In this document: positions 1 through 11,187 of the stretch, piece after piece
How positions within the stretch are numbered: position 1 is the stretch's first letter
Layout of the letters: the number at the start of each line of letters is the position of its first letter
Source of the DNA: Balanoglossus misakiensis
Taxonomy: Eukaryota > Animalia > Hemichordata
Length of the DNA: 64,000 nt
Reading direction: 5' to 3'
Assembly (NCBI GenBank): GCA_040954595.2
Contig: CM082596.2
Location: forward strand, 4,482,081-4,546,080
Notes under the pieces: model-generated
Database searches by the model: none
What the model was told of the DNA's origin: nothing
What the model saw: the letters and a program-made list of their open reading frames with translations, nothing else
Program-made: the position numbers and the translations under genes

Positions 1-237
1 ACTGTAATAAGCTTAGACGATTACAAATGGTTTTACAAGTGATTTCGGTCTCCTCTTAGATTTGTCCTTGGCTGGGCGACACAAAATGAAAGTGAACTCA
101 TTCTGGTGGATAAAGGAAAGGCTTTGAAGGGTTGTAAACTGATTAATATAAATGCATATAATGCAGTTGTTGGTTGGCTACTGGAAACACGCAAACTAGG
201 GTCTCACTGGTTGGCATTTCTTCTTACCAATAAGAAT

Positions 238-320
238 GTCCCCCCACCCAGGAGTAATGGGTACCTGGTAGGACAGAAATTGCAATGTGTGTTTTTAGCT
301 CTGCTGCACTGATATACCAG
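238..320 (+). mobile_element. SINE central-domain fragment (degenerate)
   Basis: CCACCCAGGAGTAATGGGTACCTGGTAGGACAG resembles the conserved CCACCCAGGTGTAAATGGGTACC-type central motif of tRNA-derived SINEs in marine invertebrates (recalled, not searched); no intact A/B boxes seen. Confidence 0.45.
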
Positions 321-2730
321 AAGGAAAACAATCAAAACAGATGGAACAAGTCAGACCATACATATTGCATGTACATGTATTGGGCTCGTCAGGTAAGTAG
401 TCCTCCGTGCCAGTTAGTAACACTGCTATGAGACAACCACTATACGCACAGATCGGTTGAATTCGAATGTGGATAGTTTTGACTTGGTTACCGCTGTTTT
501 CCTTATGTTCTGCACAATTGTCAGGGCACTGGATTATAAATGTATGACTACAGGACCTTACGTAGTCCCTTTCATAAATTTAACAAAACAAATACCACCA
601 GGCCTCTGTGGGATTTGTTGTCAAAACGCCTTACAACAGTTGATCAAGAAAGATAAACCATCAAGAAATTAAATGGATATTTGATTTCATTTTTAAGGTG
701 TTTTCGTTTTCGTAGAATTACAGGTAATAATGTAATTGGTTTATTTGCTGTTATTTCATATCAGATAACCCAGCATAGGTTTCATTAGTTTTATGATTGT
801 ACTTAATGAGATACCATCTAAAACCCCAGGCAATTATTTCAGTAATGTAAAAGTCTTATCGATTCCATGGTTAAATTGTTTTCCGATCCTATTTCAATGA
901 TTCAGTTTCAATTCATTCATTTTGATCGGTGTGTGGGGTCAAAAACGTCATTTCTTCAATTTAGAAAGGGTATATAGAATGACATATGCTGGATGTTAAC
1001 CCTTGAATTGCGTGCGTTGCATTTACGGGTATTAAACTCAGATCGAATAACTCTGTTCAGTACAAGAAATGCATATCTTATGTACACTCATCAAGTTAAT
1101 GGAAACAATGGGTACTTTGGCCATGCGTTTAAAGTATCTTTTGTCTTGTATATCAAATATAGTTTCTTGTTCGCATTTCTACAATATTCCAAAGTGCCCA
1201 CTTTTCTACTGTGATTTTAAATCGTTGTCGATAGATCAAAGTGGTTTGTTTATTTCGTCTGTCACTTTTTTCATTTTTCTAACTCTTTAGCACGTTTTTA
1301 TGGCAGGGAACATCAGTTAAAGGGTTTATTTGCCATTGTTTTTGCTGTTTTGATTTCTTTCTGTATGAACAGTATAACAGCAAAGGGCGATATGTTTTGT
1401 CGCCTGGCTGAATTCGTGTACCGCCATTTTGTCGTGTGCGCACTTCTGTACCAAAGAACCTAATATATTGTCAAGAAAGGCTGCTTACACGACATCTTCT
1501 GAACAAGCTGTTAACTGAGATTATTACTCAAGTTCCAATGCATTCTCTGGGGTGATATAGAATCAGTTCGGTCAAGTTTGAATGAGGTTTTAGTAGCTGG
1601 TGATATGCATAGATCGCCAGAAACAGCAATAATTAGAAGGTTTCGTCAACTGTTGAAAGGAAACTAACAAGGCCTATATTACCCTGGGACATACTTTGTG
1701 CAGCCCGCACACGTGATTATGCCCCAGGGAGGCAGGATTAAAAGACCGATAAAGTATAAATATCTTCATTATTTCCTGTTTTGCACACTTTAACTGGTTA
1801 TATATATTCAAACTGCAAAGAACACCATCGTTGAACCGACAAATGTAAGATTGTGGTTTTCTTCTTCGGTTATCAATGATTGATTGATTGTTTGATGTGA
1901 ATTTAACTACAAAAGGCCGAGTGACACAGTAGACTTGGCATTGTACGTATATCTGTAATCCTCATGAAGGGATATGTAATGTACTGAAACCATGGCAATT
2001 ACATAAATCATCATCAACTTGACTGATAACTTGATTGATAAATTGATTGACTGACGAGTTGATTGAATCTTAACGCGTTTATCTTGCACGTTGTTTGTTT
2101 TCCTCTTTGAGAACAGCACTATCTCTGTTACATTGCAATCAATTCCCATACTAGGTCACTATCACCCTTGGAAGTAGATTATTTTGCCATTCCTGTTCCT
2201 GACATCGTACATAAATCAGAGCCGTGAAAACCTTTAAGCTGTCAGAACATTTATCGTTTTAATGATCCGGAGTCTATACTTTGAGCACCGTCGAGGACTT
2301 ATGTAAAGCACCTCAGAAGCACTGCAGCAGACCTAACCATTATTAAAGCCTCTAGAGTTGCCACTTTTTGTACTATTCCCATGATTTTAGTTTCAAGCTT
2401 AAATTGGTCCATCTAAATAAGCTTACTGATAGGTATCCATGAACACCTTATCGATGAGATAAAATTACTTCGGAGAAATTAGGACAATACTATTTCGAAC
2501 TTCACATATCGACTATGTTATTTCCGACAATGAATATACAACTTATTGATTTCCACAAAGATCACAGGCGGTCCCAATATCAATGCAATGACTATTTTTA
2601 AATGTCTACAAGCCGGAAATTGATCAATTTGAATGGCCTAGATCGTGGTCGCCTTGACTGGCATGCGGTCGTCTAAGTGTGAATGTCAGAAACGGAATCT
2701 CTGGTGATGTTCTGCTACAACGTCACGTTG

Positions 2731-2821
2731 TTAACCCTCTCACCACCATGGATATGTCCAAACCCATTGTTTTCTATAGTAAGGTTGGATTTCTAAAGAG
2801 GAACTGGGGTGAAAGGGTTAA
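2731..2821. mobile_element. piggyBac-like MITE (83 bp) with TTAA target-site duplication
   Basis: TTAA(2731-2734) CCCTCTCACCACCA ... TGGGGTGAAAGGG TTAA(2818-2821): imperfect terminal inverted repeats with CCC/GGG ends and TTAA on both sides, the piggyBac signature. Confidence 0.75.
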
Positions 2822-5727
2822 CAGTAAGGGATGTCAGTATACCAACCTATCCATGTTCCATAAGGTTTAATGTTACTACGTTGATACAAAGTTCCACAGG
2901 TTTGACATAGTTTGGTAGAAGTCTGCTGCATAGATGAAAACTGACGTGTCAGTATTTTGATAATGCCCATTGACATTGACAATTGCACGTTTTGATACGT
3001 TGCCTAACTTTTTACATAAAGTTAGATGTAATCAAATAAAATATTGATATTGAAAATATCTTGATAATATTATTGATTGTTTCATTAATTCAATATCTGG
3101 TAAACAGATTTCGGATAGTGCCTTGATGGTATCCACAGAATCATGATAAATGCCAAGCCATGTGTTTTGACGCTTGAAAGATAACATATTTGATAAAACG
3201 CCTTTCCTTTTTCACAATGAAATTCAATTGTACAAATCTAAAACTAATTTAACAAAAATCCACCTTTGCTATGGGTGTATCTATGAGGGTATCAGTGTGT
3301 GACTAGAGCGATATCTGTGATAAGCGGAAATGACAGTGGACGATTTTATCTGCCTTATATAATGTTTAGGTACGAAATTGTTGAACAAAGTGCAATATTG
3401 TGAAACATTATGGAGGAGTTTAAACTTTGACATATACATGAGGTTATGAGGAAAACCTAGCATGGGTGCAACCAGTACGAAATGGGTGTGGCACCCGTTT
3501 AAGACGATCTCTCATGAATGGTTATTATGTTGATTTGATCAAAGCTGCAGCATGCAGAAAGTCATGGAGCAAAAAAGGAGAAGAACGTTAACCGCAAATA
3601 TCTAGGTCGATGTTGTGCAGAAAGGCGCGGGTTATGTGCGGGGGAAATACACGCTTGAAGCAAAAAAGTTGAAAACATTCTATCGACTTTTGATCCATTC
3701 GACTGAAATATTTTACCAAACAGTTCTACTAAGTTAACACAGAGTTTTTATTCAAAAAGTCGATTTTTTATCCAAGAATGTACACAATTATCAGCAAGAG
3801 ATTGTGGTACTCTTATTCAACTGTATTGTGCTGATGCAAACACAGCCTAAGGCCTTGAAGGATTCCAAGGTTTGTTTATCGAACACCTAAGTGTAGAATC
3901 GATTTCTGTACGAAAGATATAATAATTTTGTAAACGTTAGTGTTTGAATAAAAGTATTTTATCTCAAAGCACGTATTTCATACATTAGAGCGCTCGCGAT
4001 GACGTATGTAGGTCATTGATTACGAAAGGTGTCATGAGAGAAGATAAGATCTCAACCAAGTGACTCTTCCATGATTTTAGTAAACTGATAGTATTTCATG
4101 CAATTGTCGTTCTCTTAAAAGTTGTGACTGATGTATGTAGACGTATGGGTTGACAATCTGCTATGTAGTCTGTTAAGGTTTCAATGAAAGGAAGGCCTAT
4201 TATTGATCACATGCCCCCGCGTGAGACGGTTGCCTAAGTTACGGTGCCAGCGAACAATTCCCTGAATTGGAGCTCGCTGGAATTCGTTTGGATGTTTCAT
4301 ACATGGAAGTCACCGCCTACCGCTATGTCGTACTCAGGGACCAAATCAATGCGTGCGCATTGTGTGTTTCTTTGTTTATGCAAAACTGGGCGATAACAAT
4401 GCACAGCCAATTTATGACTGACTGGTGATCTCATCAAAAGGACGGACACAAACATTTCCTGAAATTATCTAACATTCGTGGTAGTCGTGCCCGTAATTAT
4501 GTGTCACTCACTGCATTAACAGAAATTATCAAAGTATTGACAATATGTGGCATTTAAAACATGGGACGTCAACATCGACATCGGAAAATCCCCCATTACG
4601 TTGAGTTCGTGCATCGAGGACACAATAATCCCCTCTCTGTTTGCTATTTATTAATTCATGAATTAAAAACCAGGAAAGCAGGTGGCCAAGGACACAGATG
4701 ATAACGGTCTTGCCTCAAATCACATGAATTGTCGTAAAATGATGGTATACAGAAAAAGGTTGAAGAATCCAATTGGCATATGACACCAACTGAGCTGTCA
4801 AGTAAATTGAAGCTGTCAGTGAATTTCAAAACATGTTCTTTGTAACATAAATGTTAACAGGTTTGGTTGTAGGTCTGTTAAGTGTACATCATTTCGTAAG
4901 CTTATTTAAGTTTAATGGAACATGCTTATGAATAATACTATCGCTGCGGATTTCAAGATGTACAGTTTTGTTAAACTGCGTCGACTGGTTTTCCCCATCA
5001 AGCATATATCATAAAAGGAAGATCCACACAGTGTTATTTAAGTGGTTTAGTTTCATTTCATCAATTGGCACATGTCATATATTCTGTCCTACTACAATCT
5101 TCCCTTTTTATGACTTTTAAGTTATCGAATAAAAAATATATTTACTGGTTTACACAAGTAAATGACCAATTGTTTAGGTATGAAGGCAAAATGATTTTAA
5201 GAAATAGATTTTTTAATCCAATGGAGAAAATGATTTGAAAGTGATACTTTGTCTAAAAATGTTGAACGATTCTTCAGTTGAAAGGCTCCTGGGTCAGCCG
5301 GACCCTAATTGCTGCATGAAGTATATCAAAACGCTTCATACCTCACCAACACCAATGTTAGCATCACATTTGAGACTCGCAGCGCCCGTAGGCATTCATT
5401 TATCTGCTATATATAACATGAGAGGACTGAGCGAATTTGATGAAAAATAGTGTCGAATATCGCCTGTCATAACAGTCAACGCTGCAAATGGGCAGTTTTC
5501 AAATGGTTTCTATACATCACGATTAAGTGCAAATCACCTCTTGGCGACTGTTAATTAAACATACGGCTTTGTGTCGTCATCCATCAGAGGTCTTACTCAT
5601 GTGGGTCTCTTGTTTGCAGAGATTCGTAGCAACCACTGGCCCCTCCCACCACATTATTAGCCGCACTCAACACGAGTATAACTCCTTTCGTTTTTTTCCC
5701 TCCGTCATTGCAGATACCGCCGCGGCA

Positions 5728-5772
5728 ATGAACGGTGGTGCATACAGCGCAGTAGACGACCACCGACGCTAG
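5728..5772 (+). promoter_or_regulatory. Upstream ORF (MNGGAYSAVDDHRR*) in the GPCR 5' UTR
   Basis: A strong splice acceptor (CTTTCGTTTTTTTCCCTCCGTCATTGCAG) ends at 5713; ATG at 5728 in GCCGCGGCAATGA context; stop at 5770-5772, 21 nt before the GPCR ATG. Confidence 0.5.
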
Positions 5773-5793
5773 CTGTTTGCCGGGACCTGTAGG

Positions 5794-6897
5794 ATGTCGC
5801 GGGAAATGGAAGAAGCGGCCGGAGAAACGTTCCCAATGCGGCAGCCCCTGCAGTATGACTCCTCCGAGGATTACGCGTTCCTGTTGGATTTTTTTAACAG
5901 CAGTCTGCAGCCCTCCAACAGCACCCAGGAATTGTCCGCCTTCATGACGATCATGACATCGACCATATTCTCGGTGATATTTGTGGTGGGTGTCGTCGGC
6001 AATACTTTCACCATCTACGTCGTCACGCGACGAATCAAACTTAAAAGCACGACCAGCGTCTACATTCTGAGCCTCGCGTGCGCCGACCTGCTGTTCGTCT
6101 TCACAAGTCCCATGTTCGCCGTGCAGTTTCTACTGGGCCCGGATAACAAATTCGGCGAGCTTGGGTGTCGTCTGATCGACGCCATGGACATACTGACAAT
6201 GTTGACCGGTGTTTTCACCCTCACTGTGATGAGCGTCGATCGCTTCTTCGCCGTGGTTTTCCCGCTCAAGGCCATGGCGTACCGATTGCGTGCCATTGCC
6301 TCTTACGTAAACATCGCGGTGTGGCTTATAAGCTTCGTCTTTTCTCTGCCAATGATAATTATGGTGGAACAGGACGTAGCCGAAACACCTGGTGGCTCTG
6401 TACGAGTCTGCAAAAGTCTCATGGACGAAGAGTTTGATAAAATATACAAGACAGTCATTTTTGTGTTTGCTTTTCCGATACCGTTTTTTATCATCAGTAT
6501 ATGTTACTTAACTATTATCTCGACACTTCTCCGTAAGAACGGATCAGCTGTGATCGCAGAAACCAGTAAGTCGCGACAGTCGAAGCAGCGAGTGGCCAAG
6601 ATGGTTCTCATTATCGTCATCGTCTTCTTTATTTGCTGGCTACCCTTCTGGATAATCATGATGCTTGTAGTGTACGGGGTGATACAGCCCACCAAGGAGT
6701 GGTTGTTCCTCAACCTGGCTTTGGTGTGTCTTTCCTACATCAACAGCTGTGCCAACCCGCTCCTCTACACCTTGCTGAGCCACAACGTGCGGCGAAAGTT
6801 GCGGATGCGCGGCAGCTCAACTGTGGTCAGTGACCGAATCAGCGAGGCCAACACAACGCCCTTAAACCGGAAGAGTATTCGGTGCAAGAACATGTAG
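5794..6897 (+). CDS. Rhodopsin-family peptide GPCR, urotensin-II receptor-like (somatostatin/urotensin/MCH receptor group), 367 aa, single coding exon
   Basis: Seven hydrophobic segments; GN (TM1), LACADLL (TM2), GCR..MDILTM..FTLTVMSVDRF (TM3, DRF variant, conserved TM3 Asp), W and P in TM4, FxxP (TM5), CWLPFW (TM6), NSCANPLLYTLL (TM7); N-terminal sequons NSS and NST; ECL2 Cys. Confidence 0.93.
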   Translation: MSREMEEAAGETFPMRQPLQYDSSEDYAFLLDFFNSSLQPSNSTQELSAFMTIMTSTIFSVIFVVGVVGNTFTIYVVTRRIKLKSTTSVYILSLACADLLFVFTSPMFAVQFLLGPDNKFGELGCRLIDAMDILTMLTGVFTLTVMSVDRFFAVVFPLKAMAYRLRAIASYVNIAVWLISFVFSLPMIIMVEQDVAETPGGSVRVCKSLMDEEFDKIYKTVIFVFAFPIPFFIISICYLTIISTLLRKNGSAVIAETSKSRQSKQRVAKMVLIIVIVFFICWLPFWIIMMLVVYGVIQPTKEWLFLNLALVCLSYINSCANPLLYTLLSHNVRRKLRMRGSSTVVSDRISEANTTPLNRKSIRCKNM

Positions 6898-7882
6898 ACG
6901 GCTCGGATGAGAACTGGTGTAAGCGGCCATTTAAAGTGCCACTGCGTGCGCTCGCGCGACTATCGGCTCTTGGCGGAATTTGACGGTAATCTGACGAGGC
7001 AATATACCATTTCCTGAGTAATACGTGATATTGTGCAACGTGTATATTCTTGTCAGCGACAGTTGTGTGCTGTCGATCAGGGGAATTTCAATCATCACTC
7101 ACTCACTCAATCCAGGAGGGACAGTTGCGACAACATCGATCGATAACAGTAAGAAAGTAACAAATCCTGCGTCCTTACATGCAATTTCTTGAACAAACGA
7201 GAACATGAAAAGAGACACTTGATTAGGACAAATTGACATGCATTTTTAAAACACTCATCTGTAAATATTTGGGAATATTTGACTCATCTGCCAAAGCAGA
7301 ATCGCCTAATCAGTGCTTTAGTTATTACAGTAGCCGTGTGACTGGTCCTGCCCTGGTCATTTTTTCTTAAGATTGTTTTAAAATAATTCTGACGCTATGA
7401 GAAAGAGACGCTTTAAAATTAAGGGTCGTGCGGATATTTTTATTTTCTGAGGGGGGTTGCCGTCTACTGCAACACTACTCAGCTTGATATTTTTTCTCAT
7501 TATAACATTTTTCCACCTTGTTGGTGAATCAATCTCGATCGTGATGAATAACTTACAATGTCTTGCAAAGTCAAACTGTACTCGTTGCTATTTCGTTGTT
7601 GATTGATTGTGTAACTCTTGCTAAAATGATTTAAATGAATGAAATCCCATGGCACGGCCAGTCTGTATATAGTCGCTTACATATTTGAAACATACAAATG
7701 GCGCAAAAGTAGATGTATATAGCTAGATGAATATTTTGTGATACGCTGCCTGTCAATGCAATCCTAATTCCGAAGACTACAGACTAGACACGATTCTGCT
7801 AACAACAATGTTATATGTTAAAGAAGACTCACATTATTGGAAATCAGGCATTGCATGTGAAGATATGCGGATAATATATAAT

Positions 7883-8140
7883 AATATGTGCTGTTCCGAT
7901 TACATATTTAAAAAAAATGATAGGTAGGTAGAGAAATTGTTTTATTTTGCGATTTTTTTATATCTCTGGCCGCCATTGTTTAGAAGAATGACGTCATAGT
8001 TCTCGCGTGATTCGCTCAATTTTCATAACTGTTGTATATTTGACATCGTTATAATTACTTCCGGGTTAACGAAGCTCTAAAAAGTTTAGGGTCAGCGGGT
8101 TAAAATTAGGGTAGGTCGGGTAATCGGAACAGCACATATT
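7883..8140. mobile_element. MITE with perfect 21-bp inverted repeats
   Basis: AATATGTGCTGTTCCGATTAC (7883-7903) is the exact reverse complement of GTAATCGGAACAGCACATATT (8120-8140); ~260 bp, non-coding, AT-rich flanks; outermost termini and TSD not resolved. Confidence 0.75.
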
Positions 8141-11100
8141 TTTTTATTTTGTCAATCCAAAGGCAAAGTAATCTATTATATTTAATCCGACATTTGTTTT
8201 CAATATCAACATGTTCTTTTCTGATTGTAGTACAATTGTTCGATACTGTTCACTGGGGAACTTTCTTTCATTATAGTATTTAGAATCACGATCACTAAGC
8301 TTCTATGAACACATTCACGTTAAGCACGGAACTTCTATTGATGGTGCGAAATCATTCATTCAATTTAGTATCGCACTATTATTTACCATACACGAATGTT
8401 GCAGTTTTTCAGGAGATTTCCAACTTTCACATTTCTTTCGTAAATTGTTAGTCCTTTGTGTTTCTCAGTGTGATGTTTTCAATCTTTTTACTATTCAAGT
8501 ACGAACACATCATTCTTTTTTCTGAAATATGAGATAAATGTGTGTGTCTGCAAAAATGCAGCAAAACCTTAATCTGTTTAATAATCATTATTCGTACACT
8601 TAGAGACCGCGTCGCAGCTATTGAATGTGGCGCGAACAATGAAACGACTGGGATCTGCATGGAGCGAGCCAACTAATTAGTATTCTGCGCACGCAGGCGC
8701 GGACGCCCAATAACGCAGACGACTGAGCACTAATCAATGCCAGATTGAATCGAATATTGTCCCCCACAATCGAAAATCCACGACAGAAATAGCGTATTAT
8801 TTTATCGATTTTTGAAGCCATTTATGGTCGCAAGTAGAACTGATTTGCGGAGAGTGTCACACGAACCAGTCGGTCGTATAAAAGCGGTGCCACTTCAAAG
8901 GTGTATTTTGACGTTCGCGTTTCTGACTCGACGGGTTGGATGAATGGTTCTGACCTCACGGAGAAATGTTGGATGTCAGTGTTACCATTTTCATAATCCA
9001 GGACAATTCTGAAATTTGCATGCAACAGTTTGCAAGAACGTAAAGCACGCCGTACACTCATTTCCTTTAGGGATTGTGTTCGGTTGACACACACACAGAT
9101 AATCCGATAACGATTCGAATGGAGATTATCAAGTCGCGCAGGATGAAGTTACAATACTGATATCATCGTTTATATTCATATGTAATAATCCGATATCCCT
9201 TTTTCGTAAAGGAAGGAAGTCTTCACATTTCAAAATCACGGAGTCAACGTTTGGAATTGTGTACATACATTCAGATGGAAATGATAGCTACAATGTGATG
9301 GATTAGCGCCCATGGCAAATGCTGTGGATCCTATTACACAGATAGTAGAGTATACGTGCGTATAGGTGCAGTGGAGTGGATGACAATAGTTCTATCCCCT
9401 ATTGAGATTTCTCTTAATTCTTTAAGCAGTCACCAGATGACATGAAACATGTAGCCAATGCATGTGATCATGTATATGGTGAGGAGTTGTTAAAGATTGC
9501 TGCGACAGAAAATTCTGCTGTCTTTTTAATTAAATGAATTGTTGTATACTACTGATATTTCTACAGAACACAGTACAGTACCCTACACAACACAACATTA
9601 CACTACACTCATTTATGTTCATCTCGTGAGGAAACCTTGACAAATTAATTTTATTTCCAAGGGTTGACTAGGAAAATTTAGAACTCGGTTACCTTTTGAA
9701 ATGGGTCAGAACTTTTAGCTTGGCGTCGCAATTGGATTACATACGTTCAGTTGTTCCAAACAACCAGAACCAGATATAATTGCACGTGGTACGTCTGTTC
9801 CGCGGTTACTGACGACAGAGAAATTGGGCTGTTGACAGGTTTGTCACGATACACATGCTGCGCAGTACAAAATATGTACGTTAGCGCGCACGGCAGGGTG
9901 GCCAGGGTCTTGCTGTACGTGTTGGCATACAATGGACGTCCCAGCCGAGAGCTGGTCGTTACTATACATGAGGCAGCTCACCCCTTACTTATCGCATACC
10001 TGCGTGCGATTATTTCACAATAGACCATGGACGGTGGACGTCACGGCACTGTGTGCGCGCATAACATTTCGCTAATTATTTCCCAACAAATGCGTAAAAT
10101 ATCCATTATAGACATACAACTTAATGGAAAGTGTCCAAGTTATTGAATAATTGGTTACGGTATTTATCCTATTGGTCCCAGTACTCTAATTGTGCATTGT
10201 GCAATGAATGTTACATAGGGTTAAATTTTAAAACTGTTGATTTGATCGTGAGGAACAAAGGGACCAGCTTAATTGAAAGTACTACGGCTTTCTAAAATAT
10301 GTTTTACACAGAATTTTTTAAACTATGAACCGGCACGCTGTCTCTAAAAATATGCCTCTGGATATCGTAAAGCGCCCAGCTATGCTGTAGCACTCATTGC
10401 TGGCTGCGTCTGTTTTTCAAGCACTGTGCATTCCCTCTAGGGTCCACTGTGAGGCACGTGGATTATATTAATGAAACTAACTTGCGTCATTATGGTAATT
10501 GTCTCTTTGTTCTTCCTGATTTCCGAGTTACGCAAAAAACGGTTGATTTCTTCCCAATGCATGAAATGCCTCAAGTAAATAAAAAGTAATGTGAACTTTG
10601 TCTCGTTTTGAGCCGGCATTAGGCTTTGAGGTAGCTCAGCCACAAATGCTTCCCAGACAAATTGGCGTCGACCTACATCATGTCATTTTCAAAAAAGAAC
10701 GTGTATCTTGACGCACCTTATATGCAAAACAAGTTCATTAAAGCGCTCTTTACGTGCATGCGAGTATAATAGACTAACACGAATTTACACATCGTTTGGT
10801 AAATATAATAACGTCGGGGAATCGCAGTTGAACATTCAAATTGCGAAAAGGGGTGATACCAGGATGATGCGAAGCTTTACAAATTATTCGCAGGGAATGT
10901 TTTCTCAGTCTTCGGTGCTCGTTTGGATAGTATACAACAATATCATTCTTGCGCCAGACAATTCTCTCAACCTGCATTTAGTTTATTATGGTAAACTTTT
11001 AGGACACCTCCTTAAGATACATGTTCGCATATGAGGGGTTTCATTAGTTTAATACTTCGAATCCTTTTGTGAATTTATTATCTATTTTTTTAAATGTTGT

Positions 11101-11187
11101 AATCACTCACTCGCTCAACCAATTAACCAACTGTCCAGTCACCTAACCCATCCACCGACCCACCCACCCACTCACTCAATTACTCAC
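11101..11187. repeat. Degenerate compound tetranucleotide microsatellite (CACT/CAAC/CCCA)n
   Basis: TCACTCACTCGCTCAACCAATTAACCAAC...CCACCCACCCACTCACTCAATTACTCAC. Confidence 0.6.

Noticed and set aside
996-1035. TTAACCC...GGGTATTAA mini inverted repeat
   Set aside because: Too short and imperfect to distinguish from chance.
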